From assembly GCA_000708835.1 (NCBI GenBank), contig DF237047.1:144170-208169 (forward strand): DNA of 64,000 nucleotides, given 5' to 3'. The notes under the pieces were generated by a model. The model saw only the letters and a list, made by a program, of their open reading frames with translations. It ran no database searches and was not told where the DNA came from. A program made the translations under genes and the position numbers. The DNA is from Klebsormidium nitens. Lineage: Eukaryota > Plantae > Klebsormidiophyceae. Of this stretch, positions 1-12,528 are shown piece by piece (position 1 is the stretch's first letter; every line of letters begins with the position of its first letter).

Positions 1-2632
1 CCATTCGTTTTGTCTCAGAAGTGGGCTGGTTTTCGCGGATAGAAAGGGTCGTCGAATTTGCTGCAGTACGTTATGATTGGTTCTTGAAGTTTCAACCGCA
101 GCGTGACCTGCCGCATCGAGGGGAAAATAGCATGTCTTCAGTCGGATCCTGTTGACGATGTCTGAGTATACCTCAGTCAATGTGCTTTCGTAACAAAGTT
201 TTGCTCAAGAACTTTGGCCCAAGCTTTGAGCTATTCAGGATCTAGTGCACCAAGCTTCTGTGAGTCCATGCATGGTTGCTTGATTGGTTGCGGGCGTGCA
301 AAATCCGAAATCTGGCGTGCTCATGTGACAGTGCGAGAAAGTTGATTGATCGGTTTGTCGTTGACAATTTGAGGTCATCTATATTAGAATGGACTGCCAT
401 CATGTTCAGCATGACGGTCCAGCTCCGAAGATTCATGGTTACTAACCTTGGTCACAATTGGCGATCTCAATGGGAGGCGGTTTAACTTGATTCTCTTCAT
501 ATCAGTGATGTATCATGCAGCATGCTTGCATTTCAACTATAGCTTGCATGAAGAGTGGCATGTGCATGGTTAGAAACCCGAAGGATGGAACAAGCGATCA
601 TGTGTTGCAGATGCATGCGGCAATACATGATGCAATCGATCTTCGGTGTTTTCGCCAGTAACTGAAGTGGGCACAGGTTACCTCATGGCATACGTGTTAC
701 ACATGCGATTTGTGTTCTTTTTGCTTTTTCATGAAGGCTGCATGGAGTTATAGTTTGTGCATGTGCTCCGCCTGTCAGTCGCAATCGCCTCTAGTACGGT
801 TGCCAAGCTCCGACATCCTCAGTCCTCCTTAGTATGCCTCGTCTTCTTCTCTGTAGTGGCAAATCGGGTAGAATGAATCACTTAACCGTCGGTCACTCGA
901 AATCAACAAACACTACTAGTAGGTTTGAAAAAGGCGAGCCCTTGGCTGCTCAATTGCAAAGCAGAGTGTTGTTATCAGACTATATGTTCGAAGCAAACCC
1001 GTTCAGTATGTGAAATCTGAGATATAACTTACGTTACTCATCGCCTCACACAAGCTGCTTGTTTGAAAACGTTAGGGCCGCATCTACTCGATCATCGATG
1101 TGAACTGCCTTCAACTTTCAAATAGTGGATCTGAGCTAGTCTGTTGCTGGGATCGTCTAGATGTAAGATCTTAAAAGCTATTCTAATCTTGATTACGATA
1201 CAAAAGAGTGCTTGCTTCTTCTGATGCTTGTCACAGCTGTTGATCCAGGTCAAGTATCTTCCCGTACGTTATCACCGTGGCCCCTGGGATAGTTCTAACC
1301 TGAGAGCAAAGCTAAGGCTTGCCTAGAGCAGGAAATCACACCCAACCAAGCTTGATCAGGAACAGCCTAAGTGCCTTCTACTAGGCCAGACTGGTTGAAT
1401 GCTCATTAACACCCGTTCAGTGGCTTTGATTATGAGCAAAACCTTCCTGTGTTGTAATTAGGAAGACGGAGCTGGCCCAAACAGCACTGTGTCCACGCAA
1501 GGCATCAGCCAAGACAGATGCTTTGCTCGTTTCGGGTGCAGACGAAGTTCCCGATCCAACACCCAGTGGTTCCTGTTCGCCAATGACACGTCCAAGATTA
1601 TTTTGACGGTCTTCACTTTTGGCTCTCCATATGCGTCAGTCTCTGGCAAAGCCTCTCCAATGCAATACACTCGGAGTATGTCAGTCTTTGGTACCCGTTT
1701 CTCCGCCCCAGGTGCAAATGGTTGGTTGTCGAAGTACAGCTGACGGTTGGCGCAGTTCTCAATCGTCACTTCGGTGACGGGCCGTGGACGGGCCAATCAA
1801 ATAGAAACAATGTAGTTTGCTGCAGTTCACGCGTTTCTAATTTGGTGTCGCATTAGCAGATGATTAAACTTGAGAATCTTGCCCTGAAAGCTGAGCTGAG
1901 CTCTAGCAGATCAAGCTAGTGCGAGCAGAAGCCTGAAACAAACGAAAGTTGAACAAACGCAGCTAGTGAAGTAGGTAGCTGTGAAGTGCAGATTGCACTG
2001 CAACTACCTATGATGATGACCGTGACCGTCCTCCTGCCTCAGTGCATCCCCACTTTCGTCGACCCTGGCATGCAGAGCCGTACGATGATACGTGTTGTCT
2101 GACTCGGCATTCAATGGACGGCCAGGAACCAGGTCCGTACCACGTGAACCATCTGACAACTGGCATGGAAGAGTAAGTTGGATGCATGTTGCATCACATA
2201 GGTTTGCGGAGGGTATCGGTGGGGGTTTAACCTGAGACCGGTTCAGTCACCGGAGTGCTTTTGCCCAGCTTTGACCGATTCCCGGGAGGATTCACCGGCT
2301 GCTTTTGTTTTGCCCCGGGGTTTCGCTGGTCAATGCATCATTCAGCGCGCGCTAGCATTCTTTTCTGAAAGTGCAATGCTGAGCTGGTTTGCGAAATATC
2401 GTGTCTTGCTAGCAGCTACATGGTCGTCTCACTTTCCAGCTACACGGGTGACGGAACGCGGGTTTGGGTGGGGCGTTTGTCATGAACTTTCTGCTCGTCA
2501 ACCTCCTTTCACAAATTCAGAAAAGTTTCATTCCATCTTCGAAGGAGAAGCTTGCAGTCGCATTGAAAGTAAGCGCAGGATTGCGTCCAATTGAGTTCAA
2601 GCTCACAACGTTGCCCTTCCGCACCTGACAGA

Positions 2633-5600
2633 ATGGCCGCCGCAGAGAATGGCACAGCAACTGCCGCCACCTCATCAGAAAACAACCACTCTCCCCGCTC
2701 TATCCTGGCAGCAGTGGACCCGTCCGAAGAATCTTCGTACGCTTTCAACTGGTATCTGGACAACATCGCACGTCCGGAAGACAAAGTAACCACACTGTCT
2801 GTAGAGGAGGTTTCGGACTTCAGCTTCTTCCTGAAACCAGAGGACATCGATGAGTTGGAGAACCAGAGGCGGGAGGAAGTCCAGAAGCTGCTGGCAAATT
2901 TTTCTGAGAAGGCAAAGGAAAAGGGGGTGAGCATAGCTTATCAGCAGTTCCTGTTGGCTCATTGCACCACCAATTGTGGCTTTTGAGGGTTTTTGGTATT
3001 TGCACCACTTCTATTGGGGCGGAACAAAACTTGGTTGTATTTGGTTCAAAATTGAGTTGCTGTTGTTTCATGATTGCTGCACCACCAAGAGTGAAGTTTT
3101 ACAGGTTTTTTACGAATGCTCCAATTCAGAATATAAAACCAGAGAAGTTTTTCTTTAAGCTGCATTTGACCAGTTCATTGTTGTGCGCATTACTAAACAG
3201 CTGCACAGACCAATGCACCTTTTTCTGAAAGTTTTCGCTGAGCTGCAGTTTCGTGTCTCTCAAAAGACCAAGCTGCTATAAGTGAACGACAGCTAAACCT
3301 CTGGTCTGGTGAACATTGGTTTCTCATTGGCAATCTAGATGCAATAGAAGAAGACCATTCAACTTTTTCGAACATATGTTGATCAAAGACCGCACTGATA
3401 AGAATCGCAGAAACTCAACAGCAGCCTTGAAGAGTATTTGAACACCACTAGTTAATCTAATAACTCCATGATTTACAGCTCAAATGAAATATCTTCGTGT
3501 ATATCTGCCTTGCACTTTGCAAACCGTCCACCTGAGAGTAACGAAAATTTCTTTTTATGTGCCTTGAGACAACTTTTTGAGTTTCTAATGTGGTTTGCAA
3601 CAAGCCCACTTGTTTAATTTTGTCGTTTTAAGACCCGCCCATACTTACATGAAGGTTGCGCCCTAGGTCCTACATCGACTGGTCGCCCTAGATGCTACAT
3701 CAATTGTTTAGTCTCATATTTCGTCATTCTCAGAATCAGCCTCTAGAATAAGGTATCCCTCACTTTGTATGTCACATCCAAGTACTCTGTGAACATTCTT
3801 CTCCTGTACTCAACTCTTGTTCTGTCTGGTCATATTTTGCCATCAAAGGTATTCAAACAAGCTGCATCGTAGCGCATTTCATCCTTTCGGTCTCATCAAT
3901 TCCAACGTACAAATATTCACTCTTCCTCGCTCTTGTCGCAATGGTCTCCCTGAATGCCTCACTTCTTCTCCTTGCAGGTGACCACTGTTTCCGAGACGGC
4001 TGCAGGCGATGCCCGGCAGATCATCATTGAGAAGGCCGAAAAGGATGGCTACGAACTGCTTGTCATGGGTTCCAGGGGACTGGGGGCCATCAAGAGGCAA
4101 GTGGGCCATCTTTATGGATTGCTCCTGGTCTTTTTGATTCTGCAAATTGGTTTTTTCATTCGCAAGTTTTGTTGAATAGTCGATCAAGGAAGAGCTATTT
4201 GTGTTGAATCGATTGAGAAAGAGCTTATGAAAAGTGCAGTAGTTGCGCAGGAACAATATTTCTTGGGCCTGATTACAGTTTTGGAAAGAGCGGGCTACTC
4301 ATCTGCTCCAAGTTGGAAACATGCTGCCTGCCACGCCGGCAGAGAACGTGAAGACTAAGTCTTCTTTGTAATCTTCCGCCAGTGGTGAATCGTTTGACCC
4401 AAATCTTTCCGATTACAATCGAGGTCCTCAGCGCTTCAAGAAGACCTGCTACATTCGGAGAACTCAGGCAATTTTCTCTAACAGAGCAATTGCCTCATTT
4501 GTCATCTTCTCATTTTGAAGCACTTACTACACTGCCCACATCTTCACTGCGAACGTACATTCGAATTGTACTGGTATCTAATTTGGCACTAAACTGCTCA
4601 ACTTGTAATACTGGACGGGTGTGGAGTGAAAAAGGGGTTTAGGCTGGGCACAGATGCGGACCGGCTATATACAATGGTTGAGGTGGCTTCGTTCTCACTA
4701 TATTCTGAGCTTATCAGGATTATTCTAGAAAGATATTCCAACTTTTCTCCACACCAATCGTCCAGGTCACATTGTGGCTGTTGAAGTTTTCCTTCCACAA
4801 GATCATCCTCCGTGCACCGCTTGTGAATCTTGCCTGGCCCTCTTTACTTCCCCATCTGCGGTGCTCTTTTGTAAACTTTTCGTGCTTGGTTGACTCACCC
4901 TTTTGTCGTTTTTTTCTCATATCACCCGCGATGAGGATGAACGCCCCCTCCCCAGCAGGACTGGCTTGTTCTTGCCTACAAAGTCTTCGAATTTCAATTC
5001 AACGCTAGCGACAAAAACACTTTTGAAATGACGACCCCGTTCCAAGAGTGAGCACCTCTCTTTGGGACCGTCCTGTAAAGCATCTCAGGCTTAGAGCTCA
5101 CCAACCAAGTCTCATTCACACCATCAGATGATTCTCACAGCCCTTAATTCATGCCAACCCCGGCTCTAATCTTCAGCAGGACCTGTATGGACAGAGCGTG
5201 TCGCAGGTCCGACAAACACATCTACACGTCCAGCTCGTCGGGAGAATAGGCTATCCCACGAAGAACTCATTCACACCGATTCCCTCTCGGTTTGCAGGGC
5301 AGTCCAGTACAGTCCAGTACAGCTTCTGTGAATGGAATCTCGATTAAGGGCAACTGTCGTCGAAGCTCAAAATCTGGTCATCCGCTTCCAGAACGGTCTC
5401 ATGTAAGGGCTAACTGCCATCAAGTGTAAAATGAGCCCATTCACACCGATTCCCCGTCGGCTTGCAGGGCGTTTTCTGGGCACTGTCTAGCACTGAATTC
5501 GCCTAAGGCCAACTGACGTCAAATCTGAAGAAGAATTCCCCCGCTCCCACTGACCTACCCAGAACGAGCTCATTCACACCGGCCCCCCCTTTGCAGGACG

Positions 5601-8600
5601 TTCCTGGGCAGTGTGTCCGACTACTGCCTTCACCAGGCGTCGTGCCCCACTCTAGTTGTCCGCAAGAAAGCACTTGACGGCGTCCCAAAGCAGGCGGACG
5701 GCCCCCGCAAGGTCGCCGTAGCGGTCGACGATTCCGAAGGATCGGCGTACTCGTTCGACTGGGCTTTGAAGAACGTCGCGCGGCCGGGGGATCTGGTGCT
5801 GGCAATCCACATCCGCTCGCCCGCGTATCTGCGCTACCCCGTGGCAGGTGAGGGGTTGAGGAAGCAGTTAGGTGTGGGTTAGGGTGGGTTTGGAGGGGTT
5901 CACGGAGACTATTTTGCGGGTGGGGGACCTGGTGCTGGCCATCTATATCCGCTCGCCCGCGTATCTGCGCTACCCCGTGGCAGGTAAGGGGTTTAAGATT
6001 GCGGTGAAGGATGTCGTTGATTGTGGTTAGGAGGTTTTTGGAGGGGTTTTGAATGAAAGTCGCGCACGTGGAGGATCTGTGCTGGCCATCCATGTCCGCT
6101 TGCCCGCGTGTTTGTCGCAGGTGAGGGGTCAAAGACAAGGTTAAGGGGTTAATCTGGTTAAGGGGTTAAGGAAAATGAGATGCTGCCTCTGGGGGTAGAT
6201 TGTTAAGTTAGATATCTGGCGAAGTGGTAGGGGCTTTGAAAGATAGGCTGATCGATGGGTGCGGGAAGGGACTCTGTGAGCGATACCGTTGTTTGGATTT
6301 CTCGACATTCAGTGTTCTTTGGATCTTACGGCGGCCGCCTTCAACTCGTGGATCCCTCCTTTCTCCAGTGAGTATAGAAGTCATACTCAGCCTCTTTTTC
6401 TGACGATCAGGGGATTAGGAAGCGTCTCGTGATTCCAATCCGTTTCTAGTACAGGATGCGGAATACCCGTGCCCCCTCCCGATGTTGACACTCCTCGTGA
6501 GTGCCCAGATTCCAATTTCATTCTGAGGTTTACCACCAACATTGAAAACATCACAGTTGGAGAGGTTTCTTTCGCTTGCTGTCTGAACGACTCTTCCCAA
6601 CGTCCTTGCTCGTTTCGAAGCAGCCCCTATTACTCCGCATTTCCGGTCAGCTTCCGGTCAATACCGGTCGGCTGTGCGCTTTTGGCGAGTCCAGTCATAC
6701 GGGACCCGTTTCTTGCAGCCGGATATTCCCTCCCGCCCCCTCCTCTTCGAACTTCGCGTGAGTTGTCCGGCAGTCGTACTCAGTTACGAAGTCGGTTATG
6801 TACTTGGTCAACACTTGGTTGTACATTCGGTTTTAACTGGGTTATGTACTCGGTTATGTCATGGGTTACGTACTCTATTATGTGCAGGCTTATATCCTCC
6901 ATTATGCTCTCAAGCATTTTTTCGCACATTTTCTGCTCATCACAAACAAAGGGGTAGTGCCTTAGGGTGTTTACGACTTCCTAGAAAACCTGTCTCCTAT
7001 CATTTGTTCAAGTCAACTGGTTGGACAGACCTGGGCGATTTGTTACGAGTGTTTCCTGTGCTTGAGCTGCTCCTTACTCTCAGATTCGTCCTTCGTAGAT
7101 CCGCCAGTGTTGCCGCGCTTTCCAACCGCAGCCACTTGCTCCCTCGAAAGCGAAGATGTTGAGTCTCTTCCTCCACTGCATGAAAGTTCCTTTCAAAGGG
7201 AATCTCTCGGGCGGGAATATTTGGCTCCATCGCACAGTCCTCACCTTTCTTTTTGATTATGTGTTTGAAAAAAGTCCTGTTGACAGGCACATAGCTGTCC
7301 ATGTCCTAGCTGACCTTGTCCGTGCGCTCCGCTTTCGAAAGATGCCCACTGATATCGGCCGCCGAGTCTTTCTTGAAGCCGCTCATTCGTCTTTTTCCTT
7401 CGTGTCGCCTAAAGAGATCGTCACCGATTTTATTCGACAATTAGACCAGCGACAACCCGCCCGCTTTCCCCTGTCCTCCGTTTTGTCTCTGCCAACGACT
7501 CTCACAAGTTTCAAAGATAACTTTCAAGCAGAACAATAGTTGAGATTTACCCTCATCTTTGGACAATCTCGTCCCAGTGGCCTTTCCTTCTCCTTTCCGT
7601 TCCGCCTCTAGTGACGCCCATCGTTCCTGGTCACCATTTTCTGGGGAAGCCGCTCACTTCTGTTCCTTCTTTTCTCTGTTCGCGATTTGCTGGTGCTATG
7701 CTCGCCCATCGTCCGCTCAGAATCGAGCTCTCCTCTTTACGTATAGCCTCCACTGACTCCTGTCATTTCTGAGATTCCTTGATTCTGATCCTTTCATTCC
7801 TTCTACTGATCTTGGTCGTCTGTATTTTCTCGCAGAGATGGGCATGGGCGAGTACTACATGCCGCCTGACGTCATCGCTGACATGGAGAAGTCGTCAGCA
7901 GAGCAGGCCGAGCAGCTCGTCCGCAAGTTTGTCAAGCGGGCCGTGCACGAGTACAAGGTAAAACCCTCAGACCCACAGGTTTGCTTAACCCTGCAACTCT
8001 AGTTTTGTTAGCAAAGCAAGCTCCGCCAAGCGCACCGTGCACCAGTACAAGGTAAACCCTCAAACCCAAAGTTTGCTTGACCCTGAAACAGGCCAAAAAC
8101 CCTGTAACCCTGTCAGTGAATGCCTACGAATACAGGGTGAAAATCTCGAAAAAGGTCTGCTTAACCCTAGTGTAAGTGCGTAAGCTTGTTATCAGGAGAG
8201 TACGCTTAGACAGCTCACCAAATCGTCGTCAAGCGCGCCGTGCACAACTATGGTACAAGGTGAAGCCCTAAACCCACTAAGTTTTTTAACCCTCAATTCG
8301 TATTGTCGTCAGCCTGGAGCAACTCTGGGCGGCGTTCGAAAAAATGTCAGGTGATCACCCAAACAGTACATCACAAGGACCCCCAATTTCCTGTGTGTAT
8401 GAAACGTAGCAAATGGTGGTGTTGAGCTCGAGTATCCCATGAATGCAGCCCTGTGAATCTTTTCTCACAGATGAAGTGCAAGGACTACGTGCTCCTCCAT
8501 CGCGTATGCAACTGCCGTCCCCTCATTCACTCGCCAGAAACTGCGTGATAGTGCAAAGATTGCATTTGTGAAGCTCTTTCGTTCAAGATCTGATGAAGCT

Positions 8601-10505
8601 TTTTGTTTTCTTTCTTTCCGATGAAGTGCGAAAGCTACCTTTCTACACTTGTTTGCCTCGAACACCTCGATCTGCTTGAGGGCAAAGCTTCAGCCACAAA
8701 CAGAAACTCTTTGACTCCTTGCTTACAGATGAAGTGCGAGGGCTACGTGTTCCACACCTGTTTGTCCTGAAAACCTCTATTTGCTTGAGGGGAAGGCTTC
8801 AGCCGCAAATGAAGCTCTCTGATTCCTTAATTGCAGATGAAGTGCGAGGGCTACGTGTTCGCCACTTGTTGTCGTTGAAACCAACATTCACTTGAAGACA
8901 AAGCTTCAGCCAGGAATGAAACTCTCTGATTCCTTGCTTACAGATGGAGTGCGAGAGCTACGTCTTCCACACCTCTCTTTCTTTGAAAACCTGTACCTGC
9001 TTCAGCCAGGAATCGGAAAACTCGGATATTCTGCTCGCAGATGAAGTGCGAGGGCTATGTCTTCCGCGGCGATGCGCGCGAGCTTTTGGTGGAGGAGACG
9101 GAGAAGCTGGGAGCCGCGGTGCTGGTCATGGGCAGCCGGGGACTGGGCGCCATCTCCAGGTAACCGCTGACACTCTCTTTCTATTTCAGCCGTGTCCAGG
9201 TAGTTAGCGCATGCTTGGTGTCAAGATCGTGGCTGGATGGTCGCCATCTCCAGGTAAAGCGCTGACACCACCCTTATCTTTTACGACTTTCTTTGAATGG
9301 TATTGGCAGATGTAGTGTCAATATCGTGGCGGGTTGGTCGCCGTAACCAGGTGAGCGCTGACACTCCCTATCAGTTTCAGCCGTGTCCAGGTCTTTAGTG
9401 CATACCTAGTGTCAAGATCGTGGCTGGTGGGTCGCCCTTTCCAGGTGGGCGCTGATACCACCGTGCCTTTCCCAGCTTCCTGTAACGGCACAGCTTTCGT
9501 CAAGTCGTTAAGAGTTGCAATCAGGATTGCTACTGGTTGATCGCAGTCTGCAGATGGACGCTGATAGCACAAGCGTTCTGCATTTCCTCCCTTTTTTTCC
9601 ATTTAAATACTGAAGTCGGTGGCCGCAATAGCTCTTGACCAATCAAGCGCCTATGACCATTCTAGATTATCGATCGTCCAGTCGCAAAATCCAATTACTC
9701 AATCTGTACAGAGGAGGACGCCTCCATTGAAGCCATCCTCGCCTTTTCAGCTTTTGGGGGGTAGGCTGCGGCAGTGGGCTCGTGCTCGGACGTGCAGTAT
9801 CTCACCAATGATGGAGGGACCTGAGGACGTTTTTAAGCCGTTAAAATTTTGCGAAGCCAAGCACGTTCTCGCGTTCTTTATCCTTCGTTTCAGCGGTTCA
9901 AGGAGATGCCACGTTCTCTTAATGTTTGTGACCCTCTTTGCAAACCTCGCTCCACTAACCTTTCTTTCTCGATGAACCCTCTCGCTGACCTTCTTTCTAA
10001 CCACCTCATTGAGCATCTCGTGGGCGTGAGCGACTACTACCCCCACCACTGTTTCTGACCCACTTTGTGACCCTCTCCTCTTGTTCTGGTACCCTTGCTA
10101 ACTCAACCTTTATCCTCTTCTAACCCTGTTTCTAACCACCTCGTCAACGTACAATGCGCAGGACCATCCTGAGGAGCATGAGCGACTAATGCGCCCACCA
10201 CCGCCCGTATTTCATAACCTTCATTCTAACCTTCCTTCTAACACCTTGTTAACCATCACGCAGGACCATCCCATGACCGAGCCCATCTACTGCCCGTACT
10301 TCGGTAACCTTCTTTCTAACCCTCCTTCTAACCACCTCATTAACTACCTCGCAGGACCATCCTCGGGAGCGTGAGCGACTACTGCGCTCATCACTGCCCG
10401 TGCCCGGTGCTCGTTGTCAAGCAACCCAAGACTGACGTCAGCGCGACGCTGAAGAAGGAAGAGGAGGGGGCTAAGAAGGAAGAGGAAGAGAAGAAGCAAG
10501 AATGA
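2633..10505 (+). CDS. Universal stress protein with two tandem USP (UspA-like) domains, 6 exons, 351 aa
   Basis: Exons 2633-2926, 3978-4096, 5597-5847, 7836-7957, 9041-9159, 10355-10505 (1056 nt, phases consistent). Both halves carry the USP N-terminal motif (ILAAVDPSEES..AFNW; VAVAVDDSEGS..SFDW) and the G-2x-G-9x-GS motif (MGSRGLGAIKRTFLGSVSDYCLHQASCPTLVV; MGSRGLGAISRTILGSVSDYCAHHCPCPVLVV). Intron 2 needs a GC donor (AG|GCAAGT at 4097). Confidence 0.9.
5262..6128 (+). repeat. Degenerate tandem copies of the 5' junction (AG ends 5297, 5467) and 3' junction (donors 5984, 6121) of USP exon 3
   Basis: tcattcacaccgattccc..ttgcag+gg recurs before the true acceptor at 5596. 5922-5983 is a near-identical copy of exon end 5786-5847 followed by GTAAGG, with a more decayed copy at 6070-6120. 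Confidence 0.9.
6776..6925 (-). repeat. Degenerate 12-bp periodic repeat in USP intron 3, in frame on the minus strand as tetrapeptide-like repeats
   Basis: Plus-strand units such as gtactcagttac, gaagtcggttat, gtactcggttat, gtcatgggttac, gtactctattat. The minus strand reads MCEKMLESIMEDISLHIIEYVTHDITEYITQ. Confidence 0.55.
8027..9010 (+). repeat. Junction-spanning tandem array in USP intron 4
   Basis: Exon-4 end copies (gtgcac..tacaag|GT) with donors at 8052 and 8260. Exon-5 start copies (atgaagtgcgagggctac-like) begin at 8471, 8621, 8729, 8837, 8944 before the true exon at 9041, period about 100-150 bp. Confidence 0.9.
9225..10300 (+). repeat. Junction-spanning tandem array in USP intron 5
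   Basis: Exon-5 end copies (tcgccatctccag|GT-like) with donors at 9254, 9351, 9445. Exon-6 start copies (gcag|gaccatcc..gagcgactac) near 10020, 10161, 10263 before the true acceptor at 10354. Confidence 0.85.
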
Positions 10506-12528
10506 TCACAGGGCTTCATGGATCGAGCGGGGCTCAATATATCTCTTCTCGATCTTGATTGGGCCTAGGGAAACAAGATATTAACGGTGCTTGAGCGGGC
10601 AATACTTGGTCTTGGCAAGAGGTCAGTTTCGAGCTCCTACTGTTCGAAGAGAAGAAGAAAAAGTGTTCACGGGGGTCTCAGGGATCGAGAGGAGCCCAGT
10701 CGTCACCTGTTCTACGAAAAGGAACAAGAAGCTGCTATTACTTGTACTAGCTTGGCCAAACTCTGTCTTAGGCAAGTTTCATTTTCGACTTCTTACTGCT
10801 TTCGTAATTACATAGAAGGTCTAGGCAGAGGTCAGTCAAGCTGGAGAAAATAATTTGACGTGGCGTTAAATGCATCCGGAGGAAGTACTTGCCCCGAGAG
10901 TGAGTCGAATACCTATACTTAGTCAAGTAGAGGTTGCATAGTAAACAACGTTATCGGCGTCATCAGTCCGTCGGGCAATGAAGACTGGACATCAGAATCG
11001 GTTTGGAAGCATTCGGGCGAAGGTGGTGTGTCTCCGAGTCGGTGCCCAAGTAGTTGTAACAGACATGTGTTAGCTATAAAGGACCTTATCTTACTGTAGA
11101 ATACTCCATAAAACGACAGTCACAAAACTTGGCCATTGAAAAGCCAGCCGGCCGGGCTGTAGCGTCATTGTGAGCAAGCAATGATGTATGATGCCTGACA
11201 CAACATACTCCAGGTTCAAAGCATAGCTAGATGCACCGGGCGTCCGACCAGTGGCAAAAGCTCGATCCAAGCGCCGTGGCGGACAAGGATAGAAACAGAG
11301 GGAGCCGGGCGCCGTGGGCGCATGTGTATAAGATTTGATGGCAAACATTCAAATTTTGAAAGGATAAGGTGACCGGTGTCTTAGTATGACGTAGCTAGCC
11401 ATATACAGGCTGCCCGGCGAAGCATCACGGGCAATCAGCTAGCTTTACGCACGGAGCTGCATGTACGTTTGTATTATATAGTCGGACCGCGTTTCAGACG
11501 CATCAACTATAACTCAGTGCCGGCGCCAAGCTGGCTCTGCGGCCAGCCGCGGCGCCCGTCAAGTCGGTGGCCCTATAGGCAGATGTATTGTACGAGTCCC
11601 CTGGCGCGCTAGGAGTTGCATTCAATGAAACTTCAATGCATTCCCGACTTGAATTGTATTATAGCTAGCACAGCACGGTCATGCTTAACAGGTTAACCAC
11701 GGCACATAGATCACTAACTTGTCACTACAATGCAACGATACCCGATCAGTGGATGCTCAAGGGCTTTCAGTACACAGCTTCCATTTTGAGTTACACGGCA
11801 AATGCATCCATGCTCACACGCACAGCTTGTGGCAGTAGAAATCAAAGCTCTTGACCAAACTTCGTTGCAAAGATTCACAAGTTCAAGTGGAAAACTGCAG
11901 CGATCGCTTTGAACTCAACTAAAGGAACGTCTTCTTTACGATTTTCTCAAGAATTAACCACCTGGGATGCAGCCTAATCGATGATGAGTGTGAGCAAGTA
12001 ACCTTAAGAACTTGTGACCAACTTAAGACAAGGTTTCCTTTGACCTCGACTTCAATTATCCCCTAACGCCTACTGATGATCCACAGAGGCGGTCCTGACA
12101 AGCAACAAACCTTCGACAACAAGCAACGGGTTAAGTTCGAATGGTCTCAATGTTGTTTCATCCATTCGGGAACGTGGTGACCTTCGACGCCCGCGTGTGA
12201 ACCTCGTGATACCGGTGACAACCCACTGAACGCTTCAGAAAGCATTTTCTTTGGCGCTGATCATAGCTTTACATTTGGCGACGCCCCGTCGACATCGTGG
12301 CTCCCCTTATTTATGCGAGAATGCTCTTTGCCGCCAATGTGGCAGCCGCTGCGTATGCTCCTGCTTATGTATTGATCGACTACGGCTATATACCAGCAGG
12401 TTTGCTGACTTTCTGTTGTGCCAGGAATATACCTTTCTGTAGCGGGCTGTATCGGGCTCATCGTCTCTTGAGTGCAGCCGGTGTCGGCTGACGTCGGCAT
12501 GATCGTCGTCCTTGCTCACAGGGGAGCC

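Noticed and set aside
430-800. CATG/TGCATG-rich stretch as an RY cluster
   Set aside because: No associated gene start is visible nearby, so the enrichment cannot be tied to a function.
6469-7162. Two 162-aa plus-strand ORFs in USP intron 3
   Set aside because: Open because of the repetitive antisense tract. They are not needed for the USP frame and have no recognisable motif.
8460-10354. Regularly spaced short repeats superficially resembling a CRISPR array
   Set aside because: The repeats are degenerate, match the gene's own exon ends, and the spacers are also homologous to each other. The context is eukaryotic with no cas genes.
11100-11700. Intergenic tracts rich in short palindromes (TAGCTA, GTAC, CATG, GGCC), also at 23050-23780, 35980-36450 and 52900-53200, as a possible MITE or Helitron family
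   Set aside because: I could not align them to each other or find terminal inverted repeats or target-site duplications by eye.
11975-12085. ATGATGA...CTGA as a possible box C/D snoRNA
   Set aside because: No terminal stem and no rRNA-complementary guide that I could recognise.
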